In this document: piece by piece, positions 31,208-39,751 of the stretch
Layout: each line of letters opens with the position of its first letter
How positions within the stretch are numbered: position 1 is the first letter of the stretch
DNA from: Proteobacteria bacterium UBA5680
GTDB lineage: Bacteria > Pseudomonadota > Gammaproteobacteria > Arenicellales > UBA5680
NCBI GenBank assembly: GCA_002420425.1
Contig: DIIC01000017.1
Span: 76,052-140,051 of the forward strand
Length of the DNA: 64,000 nucleotides
Direction: 5' to 3'
Notes under the pieces: model-generated
The model's database searches: none
The model's input: only the letters and a program-made list of their open reading frames with translations
Told to the model about the DNA's origin: nothing
Made by a program: the position numbers and the translations under genes

Positions 31208-32503
31208 ATGAATTTCTTTGATCCGCAAATAGAGAAACTGACGCGTACTCAGTTACAGGCTCTTCAAATGGAGAAATTGAGTTCCTTGCTTGAATCAATA
31301 TACGGCAAGAACCAATTCTATACTGCCAAATATGATGATGCGGGAGTACACCCCGGATCCATCAAAGCACTTGATGATCTATCCCGATTGCCGCTTACTA
31401 CCAAGGCTGAATTAGTAGAGGCCCAACAACAGGATCACCCCTTCGGATTGAACGCAACATTCAATCAGGCCGCCTACACACGTTTTCACCAAACATCCGG
31501 GACTACCGGAGAACCATTAAGAGTCGTTGATACCCCGGAATCCTGGGAGTGGTGGGGGCGATGTTGGGGATATGTTTTAAGCGGTGCAGGATTGAGTGAC
31601 CAAGACCGGATCTTTGTCCCATTTTCATTTGGGCCATTTATCGGTTTTTGGGCAGCCGTAGAGGGCGCAAAACAAATAAAGGCAATGATGATACCCGGAG
31701 GAGGAAGAAATTCACTGCAGCGATTGCAGTTATTGAAAGAGCTCGATGTGACGGCCATGTGCTGCACACCTACTTATGCATTGCGGTTGGCAGAAGTGGC
31801 GGATGAGGCAGGAATAGATTTAAGCAAAATGCCACTCAAAGCGCTCATCAATGCCGGTGAGCCCGGCGCCAATGTTCCCGCAACCAAAGCCAGGATTCAA
31901 ACCTTATGGGATGTGAAGTGTTATGACCATGCCGGTGCCTCTGAAATTGGGGCCCATAGTTTTGAGTGTGAGATGCAGCCAAACGGGATACATCTCATTG
32001 AGAGCGAGTTTATTGTTGAAGTGCTTGATCCCATTGATTTAAAGCCAGTTCCTTCAGGAGAACAAGGCGAGCTGATAATCACCAACTTGGGTCGCACTGG
32101 TTTTCCAGCGATTCGTTACCGCTCAGGTGATTTGGTTCGATTGAATCAGGAGCAATGCAGTTGTGGGAGAACGTTTGCAAGATTTGAGGGTGGGGTCCTG
32201 GGCAGGGCTGATGACATGGTGGTAGTGCGAGGTGTGAACATCTATCCAAGTGCTGTAGAGAATCTAATACGGCAATGTCACACAGTCGGGGAGTTTCGGA
32301 TCACTGTCTCGACTCAATGTGAGATGAAAAGCCTCCAAGTTGAGATCGAACTCAATAAAGAGGCGGAGGATGAAGCTGCTCAAGCGTACGTTACTCAGAC
32401 AATGCAGAATGAGCTTGGTTTAAGGCCGGAAGTCTTGGTTGTTCCCTTTGGATCACTCCCACGCTTTGAGATGAAGGCAAAACGATTTCATATAAAGGAA
32501 TAG
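31208..32503 (+). CDS. PaaK-type (phenylacetate-CoA ligase family) adenylate-forming acyl/aryl-CoA ligase
   Basis: 431 aa from the ATG at 31208, 1 nt after the upstream stop. AMP motif FHQTSGTTGEP. Later YRSGD and GRADDMVVVRGVNIYP. The 31064 start in the track is an in-frame extension overlapping the upstream gene. Confidence 0.85.
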   Translation: MNFFDPQIEKLTRTQLQALQMEKLSSLLESIYGKNQFYTAKYDDAGVHPGSIKALDDLSRLPLTTKAELVEAQQQDHPFGLNATFNQAAYTRFHQTSGTTGEPLRVVDTPESWEWWGRCWGYVLSGAGLSDQDRIFVPFSFGPFIGFWAAVEGAKQIKAMMIPGGGRNSLQRLQLLKELDVTAMCCTPTYALRLAEVADEAGIDLSKMPLKALINAGEPGANVPATKARIQTLWDVKCYDHAGASEIGAHSFECEMQPNGIHLIESEFIVEVLDPIDLKPVPSGEQGELIITNLGRTGFPAIRYRSGDLVRLNQEQCSCGRTFARFEGGVLGRADDMVVVRGVNIYPSAVENLIRQCHTVGEFRITVSTQCEMKSLQVEIELNKEAEDEAAQAYVTQTMQNELGLRPEVLVVPFGSLPRFEMKAKRFHIKE

Positions 32504-32665
32504 ATTATTGATGTTAATGGCTCAAAAAAAATCGGAAGACCAATGTTTAAGGGTAACCCCGATCAATATGTTAAGGTCTAAGAAGGTTCTTCAACCCTTT
32601 GCAGGCCAGATAAAGAGGATGGATGGATTTACTCATTTATCCATAAAAACCTAAAGGAGGTAGTT

Positions 32666-34513
32666 ATGTCTAGCGATACAGTAGGACGTTTTCCAGATCC
32701 ACATGAATTCCAGGTCCCGAGCGAACTTGCAGGATGGGAAGAGATGTACCCCTCTCATCAGCTTTTTTCAGCTGATCGGGAGGAGTGGGAAAAAAACCAG
32801 TTTTGGTTTCAAGACAAGATTCATGCCCCTGAAGCAATTCCACCGCTTGACCATATTTTCCAGGAAGCATGGCAGATCTCACTATCTCAATATACAACAC
32901 GAGTCTTTTGTATCCCGCCCGCCCAAGGCATTGCGCAGCGAATGGTTGGTTGTTACCTCTACATCTGTGCTATTGCCCCACCCCCAGACGAAGTTCAGGG
33001 AGCAAAAGCGGAACGTTTCGGGGCGCGGGTATTTCCAGTATTTCAGAATTATGATGCCCTCTGGGAGAAGTGGTTAGTCAAATTTAAGGCCCTTGGCGAA
33101 GAGATGGATAATCTGAAAATACCTAATGAACTGCCAGAGTTCATTCCTGAGGAAGAGGTGTTGCCCGTACCCAAAGGGTGTTATGTCTCATACGACCTGA
33201 TGGAGGGCTTCGATAAACTCGTCAATATGATGTTTAAGGGTTGGCAGTATCATTTCGAGATGCTGAATCTCTCCTATCTTGCCTATCTGATGTTTACCGA
33301 TGTTGCCAGGAATCTATTCCCTGGAATAAGCGAAAGTTCGATCGGGAAAATGGTGGCGGGTGCCAATGTGGCCATGTTCCGACCAGAGGAGGAACTCTGC
33401 CAACTGGCAAGGCTGGCGCATTCCCAGAATGGCGTGGCCGATATCCTCAAAGGAGAGGGCTCTGCCAATGAGAAAATAGACCAGCTAGGAGAGCTGGCTG
33501 AAGGTAAAAGCTGGCTGGAACAGTTTCATAATGCCAAGGAGCCGTGGTTTTATGTCTCCTGCGGCAGTGGCTGGTATCACCATGAAGGAAGTTGGGTCAC
33601 AAACCTGGAAATTCCCCTTGGTTATATCAAGGGTTACCTGGAACAGCTTGACAATGGTGAAACCATTGAGCGTTCCCTTGAGAAAATCGAAAAGGATCGC
33701 GATGAGATCATAGCCGAATATCGCGGCCTGATAAAAACGGATGAAGATAAGAAAACCTTTGATGACACCTACAACAATATCCGCTCTATTTACCGCTACG
33801 CAGAAGACCATCTGTTCTGGGTTGAACATTGGTTCCATACAATCTGGTATGCCAAGATTCGAGAAATCGGAGCAGTGCTGGTTAAGATGAACATGCTGGA
33901 TAATATTGATGATATCTTCATGTTCAATCGCTATGAGATACCAGAGTTATTGACCGAGACGTCAACAGGGTGGGCATTAGGTGTCGATATTCCCATGCGG
34001 AGTGCTCACTATAAGGCTACGGTTGATAAGCGTCGTAAAATCCTTGACGCCGCAACGGAGTGGAATGCACAACCCGCCCTGGGAATACCCCCTGAGGAAG
34101 TTGCCGAACCATTCACTGTGATGCTCTGGGGCATTACCACTGATCGAGTTCAAGGGTGGTTAAAAGGGGTGGATGCTGCTTCGGGTGATGAAATCTCGGA
34201 GATTAGTGGTTTTGCCTCCTCTGCCGGGGTTGTAGAAGGACCCGCAAGAGTGTTGAAACGTCTTAAAGAAATTGTTGATATCCAACCCGGTGAAATTCTT
34301 GTCTGTGCCTCAACAAACCCCTCCTGGGCGCCAATTTTTACCAAAATCAAAGGGGCGGTTACTGATATAGGGGGTTTAACAAGCCATGCAGCGATAGTCT
34401 GCCGTGAGTATGGTATTCCCTCTGTAACAGGTACCGGGATTGCAACAACAACCATCAAGACAGGTGATAGGGTAAGAGTTGATGGTGATACGGGTGAGGT
34501 AACTCTACTCTAA
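32666..34513 (+). CDS. PEP-utilising-enzyme mobile-domain protein, phenylphosphate synthase alpha (PpsA)-like
   Basis: 615 aa (about 70 kDa). The C-terminal swivel domain has the phospho-His motif GGLTSHAAIVCREYGIP. I could not place the N-terminal region of about 500 aa in a family. No ATP-grasp part is present. Confidence 0.7.
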   Translation: MSSDTVGRFPDPHEFQVPSELAGWEEMYPSHQLFSADREEWEKNQFWFQDKIHAPEAIPPLDHIFQEAWQISLSQYTTRVFCIPPAQGIAQRMVGCYLYICAIAPPPDEVQGAKAERFGARVFPVFQNYDALWEKWLVKFKALGEEMDNLKIPNELPEFIPEEEVLPVPKGCYVSYDLMEGFDKLVNMMFKGWQYHFEMLNLSYLAYLMFTDVARNLFPGISESSIGKMVAGANVAMFRPEEELCQLARLAHSQNGVADILKGEGSANEKIDQLGELAEGKSWLEQFHNAKEPWFYVSCGSGWYHHEGSWVTNLEIPLGYIKGYLEQLDNGETIERSLEKIEKDRDEIIAEYRGLIKTDEDKKTFDDTYNNIRSIYRYAEDHLFWVEHWFHTIWYAKIREIGAVLVKMNMLDNIDDIFMFNRYEIPELLTETSTGWALGVDIPMRSAHYKATVDKRRKILDAATEWNAQPALGIPPEEVAEPFTVMLWGITTDRVQGWLKGVDAASGDEISEISGFASSAGVVEGPARVLKRLKEIVDIQPGEILVCASTNPSWAPIFTKIKGAVTDIGGLTSHAAIVCREYGIPSVTGTGIATTTIKTGDRVRVDGDTGEVTLL

Positions 34514-34543
34514 GTGGCGTAAGGTTTACTCAGTTAAACCTGC

Positions 34544-34580
34544 ATGAGGCTGGTGTAATCACCAGCCTCATTGTTGTTGT
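34544..34580 (+). terminator. rho-independent-type terminator
   Basis: Perfect 12-bp stem ATGAGGCTGGTG (34544-34555) / CACCAGCCTCAT (34560-34571) with loop TAAT, followed by TGTTGTTGT. Confidence 0.65.
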
Positions 34581-34749
34581 GTGACTGGAATTAATTGTCT
34601 CCAGGGGGTTGATTTACTGAGCTCTGTCACAAGCCAAGTTCACCGGGCAGGTTAAAACATACTTTCCTTATCCTGCACCAGCTGGTAATTTATTTTCTGG
34701 GTGAGTCACGTTTATCAATGCCGGGGTTTTAACAGCTTCATAGAAGAGG

Positions 34750-36960
34750 GTGATGAATATACAAAACCGAATCGATCGGCTCTGCTCCCGGATGCACCAA
34801 GCTCCGCAGTACCCCAACCAGGGTGCTGTCCAGTTTGTTGATCTGACAAACAGGGAATCACACTCTGCCTACTTTTCATCTGACGTTGCGAGCGCATTTC
34901 TTGGTGGACGTGGGGCAAATATGTATCTGCTCTATAACCTCCTCGATGAGGGTTGTCACCCACTAGACCCGCAGGTTCCGCTTATATTTGGGGCGGGCAT
35001 TCTCACGGGATTTGTGCCGGGGGCCCCAAGAGGGAATGTCTCCAGCCTCTCGCCCGATAGTCGAGCTATCCTTGATGCCAATGCGGGTGATTTTTTCCCC
35101 TCCTTCATGCGCCGTCACGGGATTGATCATCTGGTCTTGTATGGCAAGGCGCCCTCACTGACACTCCTTCATTACAAAGAGGGCTCTTTCTTTTTTGATG
35201 ATGCCACCCCCTACAGCGGGCTCAACAACCAATCTCTAACCGAACAGATAGAGTCTCACTACCACTGCAAAGAGGGCAAAGACATGGCCCTTGCGCGGAT
35301 TACTCAAGCGGGTGAAAACCAGGTCCTAACCAGTGGGATCATGGGGGGAGAGAAGTCAATTTGGGCGCGAGGGGGAGGCGGTGCAAAAATGGGGTCAATG
35401 CAGTTAAAAGCTCTCCTGATAGAGGGCGATGTTCCCAAACACACGCCGACCGCTCTGTTTCGAAGTAACAACAAGGCAATTGGAAAGAAGATCCTGAGCA
35501 CCAGTGTAGTGAAGAACGTACTTAAAAAAGTGGGCACTCCCTTTCTCTATAAAGCAAGCCGAACGCTCCATGCCCTCGGTGCTTTGAATAATCAGAAGAC
35601 CCAGTGGAGCAAAAGCCTGGATGCAGAGAACTTGACTCCCTATAAGAGGGGGATGACAGGATGTTACAAGTGCCCCGTACACTGTCGTATGCTCAATCAG
35701 CTTGATGAGGAGGGGGCCGCTCCCGGCACCCTGCTAAAGGGTGATGGTCCTGAATATGTCACTGTCGGCAAGTTTGGGCCCAATCTTGGGATTTCTGATC
35801 CTCAAGTGGTGGTCAGACTGAACAACAGGCTGAATGATCTTGGTCTTGATTCAGCCAGTACCGGGGGCGCGCTGGCTTGGGCTTTTGAACTCTATCAGCG
35901 AGGCATTATTACTACCCAGGAGACCGGGGGTTTGGTACTTGAGTGGGGTGATGGGGCGTTGGTAGAACAACTCCTGGAGATGACGGCTGCACGCAAGGGC
36001 TTCGGTTCGACTATTGCTGAGTCAGGGCGTGCAGTGGAGAAGGGGTGTTATCCTGATGAGGCGCTCGATTACCGGATGGCTGTCAAGGGTCTGTTTCAGT
36101 CAGACCCCCACGATTCACGCATCATCAAGGCATTTGCCCTGGGTCTTGCGGTGGCAACACGGGGAATGGATCATCTCAGAAACAGGGTTACACTCGAGAT
36201 CAATCCGAGAATCAATGATGACCCCGACTATAAAAAGAGTCTCTATGGGGGGATGGTCGACGCCAATCCGGCAAGTTATAACGGCAAGGAATATGCTGTT
36301 TCAAAATGTGAACAGGTTTTTGCAGCAGGAGATGCGGCCGGGATGTGTCGGTTTAATACCAAGCTGTTCAACTCTCCGTCGCTGCCCCATTGTGGTGATT
36401 TTGCGGTTCAGCTCAAAGAGTTGACCGGACTGCCTTTTACTGAAGAGAGTGTTGAGAGTGCCGGACAGAACATTAATCTCCTTGAGAGGCTGATTAATTT
36501 CAGGATAGGGTTGAGAGCCTCTGACGATACTCTTCCTGATCGCTGGTTTAATGAGTCTATCAAGAGTGGTCCCTATGAAGGTGAAAAGATAGAACGTTCT
36601 CATTTTGATGATTTAATACAGCGATACTACTCTCTGATTGGGGTTGGCCCGAATGGTATGGTGCTGGCAGACAAACACAGGGAGCTTGCCGAAAAAGTCA
36701 CAGGCTTCTGGGTTAATGTCCAGTTTCCGGACTCTCTTTTGGGTGGTACCGAGATCCCTTCAGTGTTTGATGAGCCGGTGGAAAACATCGTTGAGCTGAG
36801 AGAGAGATTGATTGGCCGTTATCCCATACTCAGAGAGCCGCTTGATGATGAACTGGCACTGGTAGTGGTTAATGGGGAGACTATCTTCTCAGGTGAGAGT
36901 GAGCACGCGGTAAAGAGTGGAGACTCAATTGAGTTTGTCCATGCCATTTCAGGCGGTTAA
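34750..36960 (+). CDS. tungsten-type aldehyde:ferredoxin oxidoreductase (AOR family) fused to a C-terminal MoaD/ThiS-like domain ending in Gly-Gly
   Basis: 736 aa. AOR N-domain (FLGGRGANMYLL). 4Fe-4S motif CYKCPVHC. The last 85 aa or so (from about 36697) read ...ELRERLIGRYPILREPLDDELALVVVNGETIFSGESEHAVKSGDSIEFVHAISGG-stop. Confidence 0.85.
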   Translation: MMNIQNRIDRLCSRMHQAPQYPNQGAVQFVDLTNRESHSAYFSSDVASAFLGGRGANMYLLYNLLDEGCHPLDPQVPLIFGAGILTGFVPGAPRGNVSSLSPDSRAILDANAGDFFPSFMRRHGIDHLVLYGKAPSLTLLHYKEGSFFFDDATPYSGLNNQSLTEQIESHYHCKEGKDMALARITQAGENQVLTSGIMGGEKSIWARGGGGAKMGSMQLKALLIEGDVPKHTPTALFRSNNKAIGKKILSTSVVKNVLKKVGTPFLYKASRTLHALGALNNQKTQWSKSLDAENLTPYKRGMTGCYKCPVHCRMLNQLDEEGAAPGTLLKGDGPEYVTVGKFGPNLGISDPQVVVRLNNRLNDLGLDSASTGGALAWAFELYQRGIITTQETGGLVLEWGDGALVEQLLEMTAARKGFGSTIAESGRAVEKGCYPDEALDYRMAVKGLFQSDPHDSRIIKAFALGLAVATRGMDHLRNRVTLEINPRINDDPDYKKSLYGGMVDANPASYNGKEYAVSKCEQVFAAGDAAGMCRFNTKLFNSPSLPHCGDFAVQLKELTGLPFTEESVESAGQNINLLERLINFRIGLRASDDTLPDRWFNESIKSGPYEGEKIERSHFDDLIQRYYSLIGVGPNGMVLADKHRELAEKVTGFWVNVQFPDSLLGGTEIPSVFDEPVENIVELRERLIGRYPILREPLDDELALVVVNGETIFSGESEHAVKSGDSIEFVHAISGG

Positions 36961-37080
36961 CCCGTTGGCCGAGGAGTTGAGTTAACGTAGAAGATGATTT
37001 TGTATCAAAATGGATCTCGACAGGAGGATGAGAGAATGCCCCATCAACCCGATAAAAGAAATGCCTGCTCTGGGAGGGGG

Positions 37081-37959
37081 TTATAAGCTTGCCAGTGTGA
37101 GTGAGGAGACAAGAGTAGCGTTGTTATATCGATCAAATTGATTAGAACTGATGATTATCCTCAGAGAGGAGACATAATCTTTGCCCCGGGTAGAGTAGGA
37201 GAGGAGTCCGGAGGCGAGTAATTCCCCACTTAAGGGTTGACCGTGGAGGCGCTGAGAAGCACGCAGTCTTCGGAGGTCAGAGTAGGCACGATGGGTGTTG
37301 AGATTGCGCATATACTCAGCCACTGAATCACCAAGGGAGTTGAATTTTCTCACATAGTGGCGCGAGCCCTTGTCGCGTCTTTTGGGCGCAAGGCCCAGTT
37401 TTGGGTTCCAGGTCCAGATGCCAAAAATATTCCGCGCATCCCGGGCAAAGCGTGAACGACCCCAAGCACTCTCATTGGCGGCTTGGGCAAGTGCGAGATC
37501 GACGGGGATGATATCGATACGACTGAGCATCTCCTGACGGAAAGGGATTCCAAGCTGAGGGTCATACTTGACCTTATACTTCTTGGCCAGCACCTTTAAA
37601 TAACGGATTTGACGCCCGGATAAATCACTTTGTTGGGTTGTTCCTCTAAACAGAACGACCAGGTCTGATCTCTCTTCTGAAATCGCCTGATTGGAGAGAA
37701 GGATCAGAGGGAGCAGGATATCGACAAACAGCTGCTTACGCTCCTGATTGGAGATCTCAGCCATATTTGCAGGCATATCCTGGGTATCAATGGGATAGAC
37801 CTTGATCGCATAGTTATCTTGTTGCTCTTTATTTGTAGTCGTCTGTTCAGCAACGCTATTGTCAGAGCGTCCAAACCAGAAGAGTGAGAAGGCAGAGGCC
37901 TGCACAGAGTATAACAACCCTGCGAGGACGATTGCCACAATACCGGTCTTAGGCAGCAT
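37081..37959 (-). CDS. glucosaminidase-domain (Bax/FlgJ-like) protein
   Basis: 292 aa. N-terminal signal/anchor. Contains LAQAANESAWGRSRFARDARNIFGIWTW. Confidence 0.75.
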   Translation of the reverse strand: MLPKTGIVAIVLAGLLYSVQASAFSLFWFGRSDNSVAEQTTTNKEQQDNYAIKVYPIDTQDMPANMAEISNQERKQLFVDILLPLILLSNQAISEERSDLVVLFRGTTQQSDLSGRQIRYLKVLAKKYKVKYDPQLGIPFRQEMLSRIDIIPVDLALAQAANESAWGRSRFARDARNIFGIWTWNPKLGLAPKRRDKGSRHYVRKFNSLGDSVAEYMRNLNTHRAYSDLRRLRASQRLHGQPLSGELLASGLLSYSTRGKDYVSSLRIIISSNQFDRYNNATLVSSLTLASL

Positions 37960-38158
37960 TCTTGACCTTGGTGGCCTTTACTGCTTCTTCGGCTTCGTTG
38001 ATTACCTTGACGTCAGTCAGGGCATCAGACAGCTGAGCACTCGAGCCAGTCCAGTGAACTTTTTCCGGTGAACGCTGGTTGAGTTCACCCACATTCTTGA
38101 TTGTAGCAACGCTCTTTTCAGCGATCTCAGTAATAAGATTAATAGTTTGATTTTTCAT
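37949..38158 (-). CDS. small helical hypothetical protein (69 aa)
   Basis: ORF overlapping the Bax-like gene start by 11 nt. Vaguely phasin-like, but not assignable. Confidence 0.4.
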   Translation of the reverse strand: MKNQTINLITEIAEKSVATIKNVGELNQRSPEKVHWTGSSAQLSDALTDVKVINEAEEAVKATKVKNAA

Positions 38159-38218
38159 GATTCATATCCTCTTGAATAAATAAAAAAGTGAATTAAGATG
38201 ACAAACAACGTAACTATT

Positions 38219-38252
38219 TGTTGCAATGCACCATATGTTGCAATGCACAATA
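38219..38252. repeat. tandem 17-bp direct repeat (putative operator) in an AT-rich 396-bp intergenic region
   Basis: TGTTGCAATGCACCATA (38219-38235) and TGTTGCAATGCACAATA (38236-38252), 16/17 identical. Located 61-94 nt upstream of the 69-aa gene. Confidence 0.8.
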
Positions 38253-38554
38253 TAGAGTTGAACACATGGTGTCAAGTTATTCTTTAATTAAATTCAAGGT
38301 TGGTATAAATATCTGATTAATATCAGTGTGTTAAAAATTACAGTCGGGCTCTTTTAGGGTAGGAATGAGGAGTTTGGGGTTAGTTATCTGAGAAAAACGC
38401 ATTATTCGGGCGGCCGGGGTTCGTGTTTTTGGTTGAAACCCTCATTACAGTGGCAACAACGGCAATAAACATTATAATAACCTAATAAACTAATATTGTC
38501 AAACTTATGCAATTAACAAGAATAGTCTTTAATAAAGGTTGTTAATATTTTGTT

Positions 38555-39751
38555 TTATAACGATTCAGAATACCAGCTTCCATCTGCTTTTGGCTTGATC
38601 CAGAGATGGCTGAACCAGAAATAAGCCTTTTTCTGTTGATGCGGAGCAGTGCAGTTGTAGCGGCTGCGGCCTGGGCGAAGAGGCCTGGAGGGTTTTAGAG
38701 TGAGCGAGATCAGCCCGGAAGAGGTCTCGGTCCTTATTGAGATAGGGATCTTTCCCTCCCCAGAGGCGAAACAGGCGATCTGCTGGGGATCGAATCGCCC
38801 CGGGGTGAGTTTAACCGTCAGCCCAGGCGGGTTGTTATCTTCGCTAACCAGAGGGCTTTTGGAACTCTTCTCAACGACAGGAAGTGGATGAGTGTTGACC
38901 TTCATTCTGAATTGGGCCAAATCGGCATATCGGGTGGACATATTGAAGCGACTGATCACCAGAGGGTTGCTGCCAAACCAGGCGGGCCCGGACTGCTGCC
39001 CAAAGCCAATCAAACCGAGTTGGCTGATAATTTCCAGCAGTTCAGGGGTGAATTCACCATAGGGATAGGCAAAGAGTCGGGTGGGTCTGCCGACCTCTTC
39101 CAAGAGCCGGCTTTCTGCTTCACGAAGATCTGAAACAACCCGCTCTCTCCACTTTTTTGAGCTCTCATCGGCTTGGTGGCGAATCAGGTGGCTGTGGCTG
39201 GCACTGTGGTTGGCAAAATCAATCTGGTGATCTGACAGCTCTCTCATTTGATCCCAGGTCATCAGAGCGCCAAATTTTTTATCTATTCCACGTGTGGATA
39301 CAAAGACAGTGGCGGGGTAGTCGTAGCGGCGCAAAAGTGGGTAAGCGGCCTCATAGATGGAACGATAGGCATCATCAAAGGTGATCGCTGCACACCGTTG
39401 TGGGAGGGGCTTTTTTTCAAGAATATGGGTGACGACTGATTCAAGCGAGAGAAGGGTGAAGTCTGTCTCATTAAGGTAGTCCAGGTGGGCTTTGAATAGG
39501 GCTGGGGTGACACTGGTAGAGGCGGGAGTCTCGCTGCTGATGTGGTGATATTGAAGTATGACGCAGTGGTCAGCGGCGTGGAGTGGGCCGGTGACAGAGA
39601 AAAAGAGCAACAGAGAGCGTGCAAGGGTTTGCAAGGGAAAAAGCAGAGAGTCAGAAATGCCAGATAAGACTGCCCCGAAGAGTTGGAGCCGGGCCCAAGA
39701 ACTGGTTTGGAAGGATCTCAAGCCCTCCATACTCCGTATTGTCACTGCCAA
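38555..39751 (-). CDS. polysaccharide deacetylase (NodB homology) family protein
   Basis: Reads AAITFDDAYRSIYEAAYPLLRRYDYPATVFVSTRG...MTWDQMREL...FANHSASHSHL. The ORF start at 39751 overlaps the upstream gene by 101 nt. A TTG at 39634 gives a cleaner signal peptide (MQTLARSLLLFFSVTGPLHA). Confidence 0.8.
   Translation of the reverse strand: MAVTIRSMEGLRSFQTSSWARLQLFGAVLSGISDSLLFPLQTLARSLLLFFSVTGPLHAADHCVILQYHHISSETPASTSVTPALFKAHLDYLNETDFTLLSLESVVTHILEKKPLPQRCAAITFDDAYRSIYEAAYPLLRRYDYPATVFVSTRGIDKKFGALMTWDQMRELSDHQIDFANHSASHSHLIRHQADESSKKWRERVVSDLREAESRLLEEVGRPTRLFAYPYGEFTPELLEIISQLGLIGFGQQSGPAWFGSNPLVISRFNMSTRYADLAQFRMKVNTHPLPVVEKSSKSPLVSEDNNPPGLTVKLTPGRFDPQQIACFASGEGKIPISIRTETSSGLISLTLKPSRPLRPGRSRYNCTAPHQQKKAYFWFSHLWIKPKADGSWYSESL

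Noticed and set aside
32511-32654. 47-aa ORF (MLMAQKKSEDQCLRV...) in the 162-nt gap before the PpsA-like gene, considered as a possible small carboxylase subunit.
   Set aside because: It has no convincing SD, a basic low-complexity sequence and no recognisable motif. It would need conservation or Ribo-seq support.
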